DNA of 63,804 nucleotides, counting the filler. It is 6 parts of 6 records of this genome, joined end to end, with 100 filler letters (N's around TTAATTAATTAA, not from the genome) between each part and the next. Parts side by side here need not be neighbours in the genome. Positions count along the whole stretch, not along the records: positions 22,064 to 31,673 come from DRR723986_5690; positions 31,774 to 50,370 come from DRR723986_5692; 4 more parts are not named here. The stretch is one strand, 5' to 3'. Position 1 is the stretch's first letter. Each line of letters opens with the position of its first letter. Under the pieces are notes generated by a model that was not told where the DNA came from, did not search any database, and was given only the letters and a program-made list of their open reading frames with translations. Positions 29,143 to 39,416 of this stretch are shown here, in pieces. A program made the position numbers and the translations under genes.

Positions 29143-31420
29143 GTACCGGAAACTCTGGTGGGTTCTGATTGGCATCCTGGCAGTCACGTTTACCCTGCTC
29201 GGCTACTTTGGCCGGGAGGTCTACCGTGAAGCCCCGCCCATCCCAGATCAGGTGGTCTCCGCCAGCGGAAAACCCCTGATGACCGAGGACAGCATCCTCG
29301 ACGGTCAGACGGCCTGGCAATCCATGGGCGGCATGCAGGTTGGCTCTATCTGGGGACACGGCGCCTATCAGGCTCCGGACTGGACTGCTGACTGGCTTCA
29401 CCGGGAATTGGAGGCCTGGCTGCAAATCGCAGCGCAGGAGGAATTCGGCGCCGACTGGCACAGCCTCAATGGCCAACAACAGAATGCACTTCAGTATGAT
29501 CTGAAAACCGAATACCGCACTAACAGCTATGACGATGCGACCGGCACCCTTCGGATTTCGGAACGCAGAGCCCGTGCCATTGCCGAGACCGCGGACTATT
29601 ACAGCCGGCTGTTCAGCGATGCACCCGAGCTGCAGGCTACCCGTTCAAATTACGCCATGAAAGAGAACACCCTGCCCAGTGCGGAGCGACGGCAGCGGAT
29701 GACCGAGTTCTTCTTCTGGACCGCCTGGGCTGCAGCCACCGAACGCCCGGGAAGCGATGTCACCTATACCAACAACTGGCCGCACGAACCCCTGATTGAT
29801 AACAAGCCCAGTGGCGAAAACATCGTCTGGTCGGTGATCAGTGTCATTCTGCTCATTGCCGGTGTCGGTGGATTGATCTGGGCGTGGGCTTTCCTGCGCA
29901 AGCATGAAGAGGAGGAGCCGGCGGCACCATTGAAGGACCCAATCAGCGCTGTCGCACTCACCCCCTCACAAAAGGCTTTGGGAAAATACCTGTTACTGGT
30001 GGTCGGTTTGTTCACTTTCCAGGTCATGCTTGGCGGCTTCACTGCGCACTATACGGTGGAAGGCCAGGGTTTCTACGGTATCAATACATCAGAATGGCTG
30101 CCGTATTCTCTGGTCAGAACCTGGCATATCCAGGCCGCTCTGTTCTGGATTGCCACCGGCTTCCTGGCTGCCGGGTTGTTCCTGGCCCCTATCATCAACG
30201 GTGGCAAAGATCCAAAGTTCCAGAAACTGGGGGTCGATGTGCTGTTCTGGGCCCTTGTGGTGGTAGTTGCCGGTTCGTTCATCGGCAATTTCCTGGCGAT
30301 TGCCCAGATTATGCCGCCAAACCTGAGTTTCTGGCTGGGCCACCAGGGCTATGAATTTGTTGACCTGGGCCGCCTGTGGCAGATCGGCAAATTCCTGGGC
30401 ATTGTGTTCTGGCTGGTGTTAATGCTGAGAGGCATTGTTCCGGCGCTTCGCCAACCGGGAGACAAGAACCTGCTGGCCCTGCTGACCGCGTCGGTGGTGG
30501 CCATTGGCCTGTTCTACGGCGCAGGCTTCTTCTATGGAGAGCGAACCCACATTTCCGTCATGGAATACTGGCGCTGGTGGATTGTGCACCTGTGGGTGGA
30601 GGGCTTCTTTGAGGTCTTTGCCACTGCCGCGCTGGCCTTCATCTTCTGCAGCATGGGGCTGGTGTCTCGCACCGTGGCCACCTCCGCCAGTCTGGCCTCG
30701 GCGAGCCTGTTCATGCTCGGCGGTGTTCCCGGCACCTTCCATCACCTTTACTTCTCCGGCACCACCACGCCGGTTATGGCGGTGGGCGCCACCTTCAGTG
30801 CCCTGGAAGTGGTGCCGCTGGTTGTACTCGGTTACGAGGCCTGGGAAAACTGGCGGCTAAAAACCCGCGCTCCGTGGATGGAGAACATCCGCTGGCCGCT
30901 CATGTTCTTTGTCGCCGTGGCCTTCTGGAACATGCTGGGCGCCGGGGTGCTTGGCTTCATGATCAACCCGCCAATTGCGCTGTACTATATCCAGGGGTTG
31001 AATACCACACCCACTCACGCCCATGCCGCACTGTTTGGTGTTTATGGCTTCCTGGCCCTGGGATTCTCGCTGCTGATACTGCGCTACATCCGTCCGCGCA
31101 TCGTGTTTGACCAGCGGTTGATGAAGATCGGTTTCTGGTGGCTGAACATCGGCCTGGTCCTCATGCTGTTCACCAGCCTGCTGCCGGTCGGAATTATCCA
31201 GTTCCTTGCCAGCGCCAGTGAAGGACTCTGGTACGCCCGAAGTGAAGCCTTCCTGCAAAGCGACATACTGCAGACCCTGCGATGGATTCGCACCATTGGC
31301 GATGTGGTGTTTATTGTGGGAGCACTTGCGGTCACCTGGCAGGTGGTAAAAGGGATATTCTTCCCGGACCTGGTACCGCTGGAGAGCGCTTCAGAAACCG
31401 CCGTTACTGAACGCGCGTAG
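29135..31420 (+). CDS. norZ: Quinol-dependent nitric oxide reductase (qNor)
   Basis: About 760 aa single subunit; GHGAY, AHYTVE, HLWVEGFFE, GTFHHLY, HAHAALFG; start overlaps the ytfE stop. Confidence 0.95.
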   Translation: MAEYRKLWWVLIGILAVTFTLLGYFGREVYREAPPIPDQVVSASGKPLMTEDSILDGQTAWQSMGGMQVGSIWGHGAYQAPDWTADWLHRELEAWLQIAAQEEFGADWHSLNGQQQNALQYDLKTEYRTNSYDDATGTLRISERRARAIAETADYYSRLFSDAPELQATRSNYAMKENTLPSAERRQRMTEFFFWTAWAAATERPGSDVTYTNNWPHEPLIDNKPSGENIVWSVISVILLIAGVGGLIWAWAFLRKHEEEEPAAPLKDPISAVALTPSQKALGKYLLLVVGLFTFQVMLGGFTAHYTVEGQGFYGINTSEWLPYSLVRTWHIQAALFWIATGFLAAGLFLAPIINGGKDPKFQKLGVDVLFWALVVVVAGSFIGNFLAIAQIMPPNLSFWLGHQGYEFVDLGRLWQIGKFLGIVFWLVLMLRGIVPALRQPGDKNLLALLTASVVAIGLFYGAGFFYGERTHISVMEYWRWWIVHLWVEGFFEVFATAALAFIFCSMGLVSRTVATSASLASASLFMLGGVPGTFHHLYFSGTTTPVMAVGATFSALEVVPLVVLGYEAWENWRLKTRAPWMENIRWPLMFFVAVAFWNMLGAGVLGFMINPPIALYYIQGLNTTPTHAHAALFGVYGFLALGFSLLILRYIRPRIVFDQRLMKIGFWWLNIGLVLMLFTSLLPVGIIQFLASASEGLWYARSEAFLQSDILQTLRWIRTIGDVVFIVGALAVTWQVVKGIFFPDLVPLESASETAVTERA

Positions 31421-31438
31421 TCGGTTTCCAGCTGTGAC

Positions 31439-31468
31439 AACGGGGCCCTGTGTGGCCCCGTTTTTCTT
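31439..31468 (+). terminator. Rho-independent terminator after qNor
   Basis: AACGGGGCC-ctgtgt-GGCCCCGTTTTTCTT. Confidence 0.85.
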
Positions 31469-31481
31469 TCGGCAGGGGGAT

Positions 31482-31497
31482 TACCCCCCGAGAGGTA
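31482..31497. promoter_or_regulatory. Possible NarL 7-2-7 site upstream of moaA
   Basis: TACCCCC-cg-AGAGGTA versus TACYYMT-N2-AKRRGTA (one mismatch). Confidence 0.5.
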
Positions 31498-31571
31498 TCG
31501 GATTGAGTTGGGTTATCTGTGATACTTTGGCTATCCTTTAACCATATGATTCAAGACAGGGTAACCTGCCT

Positions 31572-31673
31572 ATGCCGCATGCCAAGCTGACCGATCGATT
31601 TGGCCGCACCGTCAATTACGTACGCCTGTCGGTAACTGACCGCTGCGATTTCCGTTGCGTGTATTGCATGGCG
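31572..31673 (+). CDS. moaA: GTP 3',8-cyclase, N-terminus only (not in ORF track)
   Basis: Manual translation [34 protein letters not shown] with the radical-SAM CxxxCxxC motif. Confidence 0.9.
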
Positions 31674-31773
31674 NNNNNNNNNNNNNNNNNNNNNNNNNNN
31701 NNNNNNNNNNNNNNNNNTTAATTAATTAANNNNNNNNNNNNNNNNNNNNNNNNNNNNNNNNNNNNNNNNNNNN
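31674..31773. other. Artificial contig linker 3
   Basis: Same N44-TTAATTAATTAA-N44 spacer. Confidence 0.98.
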
Positions 31774-31861
31774 CAAAAAGCTCAAAAAAGCCTGAGACCA
31801 AAACGACACCGGGAGGTGGAGGAGCGGGCTCAAAGCGATCCGGAAAACAATGAAAATTCTG

Positions 31862-33652
31862 TTATTCGGTGACGAGCTGCTCTTTGTATTGGAGCTTGTA
31901 GAGCTTGGCGTACAGGCCATCGGCATTAACCAATTCCTCGTGGCTGCCCTGCTCGTAGATGCGTCCGCGGTGCATAACAATAATGCGATCTGCGCGGCGA
32001 ACCGTTGATAGGCGGTGTGCGATGACAATTGATGTGCGCCCGGCCAGAAGTCGAGAAATAGCTGATTCGATGATCTGCTCAGTGGCAGTGTCAATGCTCG
32101 AAGTAGCCTCGTCAAGAATTAAAATGTCGGGATTGGCGGCGAGGGATCGGCAAAAAGAGAGGAGCTGGCGCTGGCCAACCGAAAGTGTAGAACCACGCTC
32201 GCGAACCGGAGTGTCGTACCCCTGCGGCAAACGCTCGATAAACTCATGTGCGCCAACAGCCTTGGCCGCGGCAATTGCATCCTGGCGCGTAATGTTTTCG
32301 TCGCCCAAGGTAATATTTTCGAGCACAGTGCGCGAGAACATAAAGACGTCCTGCAGAACCACGGCGATATGCTGCCGTAGACTGCGCTGCTGGAGATCGC
32401 GCAGGTCAATACCATCGACACAAATGCTGCCGCGCTGATATTCGTAAAAGCGCGTAAGCAGGTTAATGATCGAACTTTTGCCGGCACCGGTGGCACCTAC
32501 AATCGCGACGGTTTCGCCCTTTTTGACGGTAAATGAGATGTCTTCGAGGATGAAGTTTTCGCCGTCGTAGGCAAAACCAACGTTTTTGAATTCGATGGCT
32601 TTGCTGAGCGTCGGCATTGGCTGCGCGTTGTCTTTGTCAGATATGAACGCCTCCTCGTCGAGGAGCTCAAAAATGCGTTCGGACGAGGCCATGGCATTCT
32701 GGAGTGCGTTGTACTTGTCGGAGAGTTCGCGCAGTGGGCGGAAGAAAAGTTCAAAGAGGAGAATGAAGGCTACGAGCGAACCAACTTCGACGTCGCCGCC
32801 GAGGATAGCCCAGCCACCGAAGCCCAAAGTAATCGCAAATGAGAGGGAGGTCAGGAAGTCAACAACCGGGAAAAACAGCGCGTAATAGGTAACGGTGCGT
32901 ATTTGTTCGTCGGTATGTTCCTGATTGATCTCATCGAATTTTCCGGCCTGTTTGCGTTCCTGCGAGAAGAGCTGAACAACAGAAATGCCGGTAATATATT
33001 CATTGAGGAAAGCGTTCATGCGCGCCACCAATCCACGGATGCGGCGGAATGCAACACGAACGTGTTTCCTGAAAATGGACGTAGCGATGAGCAGGAGCGG
33101 CACAATTACGAGCGTAGCAAGCGCCAGCTGCCAGGAGATGATGAACATTGCCGCTACGATGAAGATAATCTGGAAGATGTTGGAGATCATCATTACCAGA
33201 CTGTCGGTGTACATCGTTTGCAGGACTTCAACGTCACTGGTTACGCGCGTAATCAGTTTGCCGACGGGATTGGTGTCGTAGAAACGCAGTGAGAGGCGCT
33301 GTACGATTTCAAAGAGTCGATTGCGAACATCATTAATCGTGTGCTGGCCAATCCAGGTCATAAGGAGCGTCAGGCCATACTGCAAAAGGCCCTGGAGCAG
33401 CAGAAGGCAGATCAGGAACAGACAGGTCATCTGCAGAGCGGGGAAGTCCAGCTCCTTGATATTTGTGTCTATGGCCATTTTGACAAGGATCGTACGGGCC
33501 GGTCCGAGGGCCGCCGCCAGAATATTAAAGACAATTGCAATGATGACCAGGCGCTTATAGGGCCGTAAAAAAACGACGAGTCGTTTCAGGAGTTTGCCAT
33601 CAAGGCTGTTACCGTCTTTTTCTTTGCGGTCGGAGGCAGTTGCATCGCTCAT
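31862..33652 (-). CDS. ABC exporter, fused TMD-NBD (MdlB/MsbA-like)
   Basis: TM domain, GATGAGKS, LSVGQRQ, ILDEATS, IAHRLST. Confidence 0.93.
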   Translation of the reverse strand: MSDATASDRKEKDGNSLDGKLLKRLVVFLRPYKRLVIIAIVFNILAAALGPARTILVKMAIDTNIKELDFPALQMTCLFLICLLLLQGLLQYGLTLLMTWIGQHTINDVRNRLFEIVQRLSLRFYDTNPVGKLITRVTSDVEVLQTMYTDSLVMMISNIFQIIFIVAAMFIISWQLALATLVIVPLLLIATSIFRKHVRVAFRRIRGLVARMNAFLNEYITGISVVQLFSQERKQAGKFDEINQEHTDEQIRTVTYYALFFPVVDFLTSLSFAITLGFGGWAILGGDVEVGSLVAFILLFELFFRPLRELSDKYNALQNAMASSERIFELLDEEAFISDKDNAQPMPTLSKAIEFKNVGFAYDGENFILEDISFTVKKGETVAIVGATGAGKSSIINLLTRFYEYQRGSICVDGIDLRDLQQRSLRQHIAVVLQDVFMFSRTVLENITLGDENITRQDAIAAAKAVGAHEFIERLPQGYDTPVRERGSTLSVGQRQLLSFCRSLAANPDILILDEATSSIDTATEQIIESAISRLLAGRTSIVIAHRLSTVRRADRIIVMHRGRIYEQGSHEELVNADGLYAKLYKLQYKEQLVTE

Positions 33653-33861
33653 ACGCGGCAAAGACGCGGTCCCGCCGACCAAATTGTCATATTATAGGGT
33701 CTGGATATTGTAAGGGGCTTTGTGGAAAATTCGCGGGAACCAAAGCGGGCTCAAAAGTGGTTTTGAGGGGCTCAACTGGTTTTATTATGAAGGGCTAAAT
33801 CGCTAACTTGCGAAATTCGGGTCGTCGCGTCCGGCGATCAGGTTTCCGGAGGAAAATACAC

Positions 33862-36339
33862 ATGAAGAAAGCCGATAAGTTTCTGCTGATCGCAACCGCC
33901 ATACTACTGGCGTCGGTCGGCGTCGGCAATTTGCTTAGCGATGATGCTAACAAGGTCAATTGGTCACTGGGGGCTGCTGAAGTAGCGATTACCCAGGGTG
34001 GAAATACAGCGGTAACCGTTGATGCTGCCATTGATGACACCTGGTACATTTACGGATTGACTGAAAAGGTTGATGAATACGGGATTGGCCCTTCGCGCAC
34101 AGAGTTTGTGCTGAAGGACTTTGCCGAAGGAATCAGTCTGGCAGGGGTGAAAGAACCCAAACCCAAAAGCAAGTATGATGAGGGTTTTCAGTTTGACATC
34201 GACTATCACGAGAAGTCGGCGAGCTTCACATTGCAGGTGGAAGCCGCTGCAGGTGTGGCGCCCGGAAGTTATGACGGAAAAGTCCTTGTCTACTTCCAGG
34301 CTTGTGACCCAACGCGCTGCCTTCCTCCGGACTCCAAAGAATTAGACTTGACAGTTGTTGTGGGCGCTGGCGGCGCAGATGCTGCAGCTAGCGACGCCGA
34401 TGACATGATGGACTTGCCGCAGGACTCCGGCAATCAGTCTGCGATGTCTGCGGCAACAGGTGGCGGCGACGATCTGGCGAATGCGAGTTACGACAAGCTG
34501 GTGGAGTTTGAGCTTGACGTTGAAGACGGGGACATCGACAACTTCTACATTACGGTTGGTGATACGACCTACGTGAATGTGACGATGAAGATCAGCGACG
34601 GCTGGCATTCTTACAGCATTGAAGCCGCCGTGGACGATTATGGCTTGGGGCCGCAGGCGACTGAGTTTGCGATTGTAGCCGATAAAATGATGGGCCTGGG
34701 AAGCATCGGTGAGTCAGCACCAAAAGTCGAGTACGACGAAGCGCAGCTGATGGAAGTAGGCAAACACAAGAAAGAAGCTACCTTCCGCGTACCAATTTAC
34801 GTGGATGGTGAAGCGATCCTGGAGCAGGATAATTCCGAACAGCCGCTCCAGCTCAAAATGACATATCAAATTTGTAAAGACGGTGCATGTTTGCCACCGA
34901 CTGAGCACACCTTCTACCTGACTCCAATTGTTAAAGCCACGACCTGGGGATATTTGATTATCGCCATGCTGGCGGGCGCCGGCGCCCTGCTGACGCCATG
35001 TGTTTTCCCGATGATTCCAATTACCGTCTCCTTCTTCACCAAACGCTCCGAGAAAAATCCGGGTCGTGGTGTGGCGGACAGTTTGGTCTATTCGATCGGG
35101 ATCATTTTGACATTTGTGATTTTAGGTGCGGTGCTGACGGCGCTGCTGGGGCCGACGGGCGTTCGTGACTTCTCAACGAACCCCTGGGTAAACCTCGGTA
35201 TTGCGACTGTTTTTATAGTGTTCGCGTTTAACCTGTTTGGTGCATTTGAGATTCAGATTCCGACAGCGCTGTTGAACAAGCTGAACACGGCGAGCGGCGA
35301 CGGCAAAGGTTTTACGGGCATCATCCTGATGGCTCTTACGTTTTCACTGACCTCGTTTACCTGCACGGTTCCGTTTATCGGCACGGCATTTATTTCGAGC
35401 GGTGGCGACGACATGCTCAAGCCGATTTTGGGCATGACGGCGTTTGCGACGGTGTTTGCGCTGCCATTTTTCTTTTTGGCACTGTTTCCAGCGGTCATGC
35501 ATCGTTTGCCGAAGGCGGGCGGCTGGATGAACAATATCAAGGTTGTGATGGGATTTGTAGAGCTGGCCGCCGCGGTCAAGTTCCTCTCGAATGCCGACCT
35601 GGTGTGGAACTGGCAGGTTCTGCCGCGCGACTTGTTTCTGGCTGTCTGGATTGGCTGTGCGATTTTCATTACGCTGTACATCCTGGGGATGTTCCGCTTC
35701 TCGCATGACAGTCCGGTTGAGTCAGTCGGTGCGCCACGCGCGATGTTTGCCCTGTTCTTTGCGAGCATCTCATTCTATCTGTTTACGGGCTTGTTAGGCA
35801 AGAACCTGGGGATGATTGACTCGTTCATGCCGCCGAATGATGAAATTTATTTCCACAACTTTGAGGGCTCTGCGGGTGTAATACCTGGGGCAGTCTCAGC
35901 GGGTTCACTCGTAGCAAGCACAGGCGCTGAAGCCGCCGGTACTAACAAGACGGATTTCCTGGATAGGATGGCGGAGAAACACGCCGGAGAAAATATCTAC
36001 CTGAATTACGATGAAGCCCTGGCTGAATCAAAGAGGACCGGCAAGCCGCTGTTTGTGGATTTTACGGGTAAGACCTGTACAAACTGCCGCCTGATGGAAA
36101 AAACGATGTTCCCGAAACCGACGGTGAAGGAGCGTTTGGAGCAGATGGTGATTGTGCACTTGTATACAGATTTGCGCACACCTGAGAGCGACAGATATAA
36201 AAACATGCAGGAAGAGCGCTACAAAGATATTACGCTGCCACTGTATGTGATTTTAACGCCGGAGGAACAGCTAATTTCCAAAGCGGCGTACACGACGGAC
36301 GAGAATTCCTTTTTGGACTTCCTGGACCGCGCACTTTAA
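33862..36339 (+). CDS. dsbD: DsbD-family thiol:disulfide interchange protein with two N-terminal alpha domains
   Basis: QACDPTRCLPP and QICKDGACLPP; TM domain LTPCVFPM...FTCT; thioredoxin domain CTNC; GGAGG RBS. Confidence 0.88.
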   Translation: MKKADKFLLIATAILLASVGVGNLLSDDANKVNWSLGAAEVAITQGGNTAVTVDAAIDDTWYIYGLTEKVDEYGIGPSRTEFVLKDFAEGISLAGVKEPKPKSKYDEGFQFDIDYHEKSASFTLQVEAAAGVAPGSYDGKVLVYFQACDPTRCLPPDSKELDLTVVVGAGGADAAASDADDMMDLPQDSGNQSAMSAATGGGDDLANASYDKLVEFELDVEDGDIDNFYITVGDTTYVNVTMKISDGWHSYSIEAAVDDYGLGPQATEFAIVADKMMGLGSIGESAPKVEYDEAQLMEVGKHKKEATFRVPIYVDGEAILEQDNSEQPLQLKMTYQICKDGACLPPTEHTFYLTPIVKATTWGYLIIAMLAGAGALLTPCVFPMIPITVSFFTKRSEKNPGRGVADSLVYSIGIILTFVILGAVLTALLGPTGVRDFSTNPWVNLGIATVFIVFAFNLFGAFEIQIPTALLNKLNTASGDGKGFTGIILMALTFSLTSFTCTVPFIGTAFISSGGDDMLKPILGMTAFATVFALPFFFLALFPAVMHRLPKAGGWMNNIKVVMGFVELAAAVKFLSNADLVWNWQVLPRDLFLAVWIGCAIFITLYILGMFRFSHDSPVESVGAPRAMFALFFASISFYLFTGLLGKNLGMIDSFMPPNDEIYFHNFEGSAGVIPGAVSAGSLVASTGAEAAGTNKTDFLDRMAEKHAGENIYLNYDEALAESKRTGKPLFVDFTGKTCTNCRLMEKTMFPKPTVKERLEQMVIVHLYTDLRTPESDRYKNMQEERYKDITLPLYVILTPEEQLISKAAYTTDENSFLDFLDRAL

Positions 36340-36426
36340 ACAAAGACGAAACGGCTATCACATCGACACGAAGACAAGCAACAGGTTGAAGATGTGAAGC
36401 GACCCGATAGGGATAAGGCTGACTGA

Positions 36427-38229
36427 ATGAAGAATATCCGCAACTTTTGCATTATCGCCCACATTGATCACGGCAAGTCTACCTTGGCGGATCGACTGCT
36501 GGAACATACTAAAACGCTGAATGCCAAGGCGTTTAAGACCAAGCAGGTGCTGGATGATAACCCGCTTGAGCAGGAACGTGGTATCACGATTAAACTGCAC
36601 GCCATTCAAATGCGCTACAACGCAAAAGATGGTGATGAATATATTCTTAATCTGATAGATACTCCGGGGCACGTTGACTTCTCGTATGAGGTCTCGCGTT
36701 CCCTGGCTGCATGTGAAGGCGCACTGTTAATTGTTGATGCGACGCAGGGCGTCGAGGCTCAGACAATCTCGAACTTGTACATGGCAATTGATGCCGGGCT
36801 GGAAATTATTCCCGTCATTAACAAAATCGATTTGCCAAGTGCCGCCACGACGCTGGAAACGGTGCAGAAGCAGGTGCGTGATCTGCTGGGGTGTGACGAT
36901 GAGGATATGATCCTGGCCTCGGCTAAGTCCGGCATTGGCACCGAAGATATTCTGGAAGCGATTGTACGCGATATTCCAGCGCCGGTCGGTGATCCGGATG
37001 CACCGCTGCGGGCGTTGATCTACGATTCGGTTTTTGATCCCTATGTAGGTGTTGTGGTTAACGTGCGCGTTATCGACGGTGTGCTCAGAAAGGGACAGAA
37101 GCTCAAATTCTTTGCGACTGATCCGCGTTACGACGTCGAATCGGTGGGAATTATGCGCATGGGGCGTGTGCCGCAGGAGCAGTTGAGCGCTGGTGAAGTT
37201 GGGTATCTGACGGCTTCAATCAAAAGCCTGCACGACACCAAGGTTGGAGACACAATCACGACCGTTAAGAACGGCGTTGAGAGTGCGATTGAAGGTTTCA
37301 AAGAAGTTCAGCCGATGGTCTTTAGCGGGATTTACCCGCAGGACAGTGAAGACTTCGAGAATCTGCGCGAAGCGCTCTCGAAACTTTCAATGAATGACTC
37401 GGCGATAACTTTTGAACCGGAATCCAGTACGGCACTGGGTTTCGGCTTCCGCTGCGGGTTCCTGGGGCTGCTGCACATGGAGATTGTGCAGGAACGCCTG
37501 GAACGCGAATTCCAGCAAACAATTGTGACGACGGTACCCAACGTGGCATACACCGTCTACCGCACAAATGGAGAGACTCTGAGCGTTGACAATCCCGTTG
37601 ACTTGCCGTCTCCAGGTGTGATTAACAGAATTGAAGAGCCGATTATCCGCGCGCAAATCATCGTGCCATCGGATTATATCGGTGCAGTAATGAAGCTCTG
37701 TCTGGAGCGCCGCGGCACACCGATCAACACCAATTATTTGAGTGAAGATCGCGTGGAAATGTACTTTGACTTGCCGCTGGCGGAAGTGATTTTTGACTTC
37801 TTTGACCGTCTGAAATCTTCGACGCGCGGATATGCGTCGCTTGACTATGAGATTCTGGAAGAGCGGCCCAGCGAACTCGTCAAGCTCGATATTCTGCTGA
37901 ATGGCGATCCGGTAGATGCACTTTCCTGCATTATCCACCGCTCAAAAGCACATGAGTGGGGCAAGAAGCTGTGTGCCAAACTCAAAGAATTGATTCCGCG
38001 CCAAATGTTTGAAGTTGCAATTCAGGCTGCAATCGGGACGCGCATTGTAGCACGTGATACGATTCGCGCGATGCGCAAAAACGTGCTGGCCAAGTGTTAC
38101 GGTGGAGATATCTCCCGTAAACGCAAACTGCTCGAAAAGCAGAAAGCCGGTAAGCGCAAGATGAAGCAGATTGGAAGTGTCGAAGTACCGCAGGAAGCTT
38201 TCCTGGCGGTGCTGCGCATTAACGATTGA
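36427..38229 (+). CDS. lepA: Elongation factor 4
   Basis: [37 protein letters not shown]. Confidence 0.98.
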   Translation: MKNIRNFCIIAHIDHGKSTLADRLLEHTKTLNAKAFKTKQVLDDNPLEQERGITIKLHAIQMRYNAKDGDEYILNLIDTPGHVDFSYEVSRSLAACEGALLIVDATQGVEAQTISNLYMAIDAGLEIIPVINKIDLPSAATTLETVQKQVRDLLGCDDEDMILASAKSGIGTEDILEAIVRDIPAPVGDPDAPLRALIYDSVFDPYVGVVVNVRVIDGVLRKGQKLKFFATDPRYDVESVGIMRMGRVPQEQLSAGEVGYLTASIKSLHDTKVGDTITTVKNGVESAIEGFKEVQPMVFSGIYPQDSEDFENLREALSKLSMNDSAITFEPESSTALGFGFRCGFLGLLHMEIVQERLEREFQQTIVTTVPNVAYTVYRTNGETLSVDNPVDLPSPGVINRIEEPIIRAQIIVPSDYIGAVMKLCLERRGTPINTNYLSEDRVEMYFDLPLAEVIFDFFDRLKSSTRGYASLDYEILEERPSELVKLDILLNGDPVDALSCIIHRSKAHEWGKKLCAKLKELIPRQMFEVAIQAAIGTRIVARDTIRAMRKNVLAKCYGGDISRKRKLLEKQKAGKRKMKQIGSVEVPQEAFLAVLRIND

Positions 38230-38420
38230 TGCCGAAGGCGTACACAGAATTTTTTCAGTGTTCGCGGCTACATTCTGAATAGCGGGGAAACATTTGCCTG
38301 CCACCTGCGTAGCTGCCTCAGTCTGGTCGTCAGAACTTGTCCGCTGCCTGTTTGGTGGGCGCAGTTTGTCCGACCGTAATTTTCTTGAGTATCAGGTATT
38401 TCAAATTATAGGATTACATC

Positions 38421-39341
38421 GTGGCAAAGCCTCGGGCGAAAACACCTAAAAATGAAGCTGAAAGCGTCGGCTTCGTCGCCAGTATGACTTCCTGGATCAA
38501 AACCATCATCGGCGCAATCATTATTGTGATGTTTGTTAACGGCGCTCTGATAGCCTCCTTTGTTGTGCCGACCGGCTCAATGGAAGGCACAGTGCTCGCC
38601 GGCGATTTTGTGTTTGTTAACAAGTTCGTCTATGGCCCATCAACACCACAAATTGTTCCATTCCTGAACGAGCCGCTGCCGTTCTGGAAAACGCCACCGC
38701 TCTGGGAACCGGAACGCAATGATGTAATTGTGTTTATCTATCCTGGTGATCGCGATCAGATTGAAGCCAAAGATTTTACCTACTACCTTAAACGCTGCGT
38801 GGCAGCGGGTGGTGACGTTCTCGAAGTGCGCAACAATCAGGTCTATGTTAATGGTAAGTTGCAGGAGCATCCCGAGCTGGCACACTTCAGTGGGCGGACC
38901 GGCTTCGGCAAAGGTAGCCGTATGTTCCCGCGCGGTACAGACTGGACCGCCGCCAATTACGGCCCAGTTACAATTCCCAAAAAAGGTGATGTTGTACAAC
39001 TGGATGCCAGCAACGAGACCGTTAACCTTTGGAGCGTTTTCATTCAGCGCGAAGGCCATGAAGTTAACTACGATCCCGCTACGGGCACCTGGAAAATTGA
39101 CGGTCAAGTTGCAACGACGTATACCGTAGAACGCGACTACGTCTTTGGAATGGGCGATAACCGCGACGATAGCCTTGACAGCCGCTTCTGGGGGTATATC
39201 CCAGTCGATAATATTGTTGGCACGCCGATGTTCGTCTACTGGTCATGGGAAGTTAACGACCCCTTGACGGGGCGTGCATATACGTTTGGGCAGCGTCTGA
39301 GCAAGTTGCGTCTGGACCGTCTGTTTACCGGCATCGATTAA
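38421..39341 (+). CDS. lepB: Signal peptidase I, copy 1
   Basis: TM anchor, PTGSM (Ser), YYLKR (Lys), GDNRDDSLDSR. Confidence 0.95.
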   Translation: MAKPRAKTPKNEAESVGFVASMTSWIKTIIGAIIIVMFVNGALIASFVVPTGSMEGTVLAGDFVFVNKFVYGPSTPQIVPFLNEPLPFWKTPPLWEPERNDVIVFIYPGDRDQIEAKDFTYYLKRCVAAGGDVLEVRNNQVYVNGKLQEHPELAHFSGRTGFGKGSRMFPRGTDWTAANYGPVTIPKKGDVVQLDASNETVNLWSVFIQREGHEVNYDPATGTWKIDGQVATTYTVERDYVFGMGDNRDDSLDSRFWGYIPVDNIVGTPMFVYWSWEVNDPLTGRAYTFGQRLSKLRLDRLFTGID

Positions 39342-39416
39342 GCGGGTCGGCTACGTATTCGCAGTTGTGGGCGGGACCGCGCGTAGGCGCTTGTAATCTG
39401 CTAAGAGATTCACTTT

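Noticed and set aside
29135-31420. qNor as a putative NO dismutase (Nod)
   Set aside because: Canonical qNor residues are all present (HLWVEGFFE, HH, HAH, quinol-site AHYTVE and R..GD); Nod-type substitutions are not seen.
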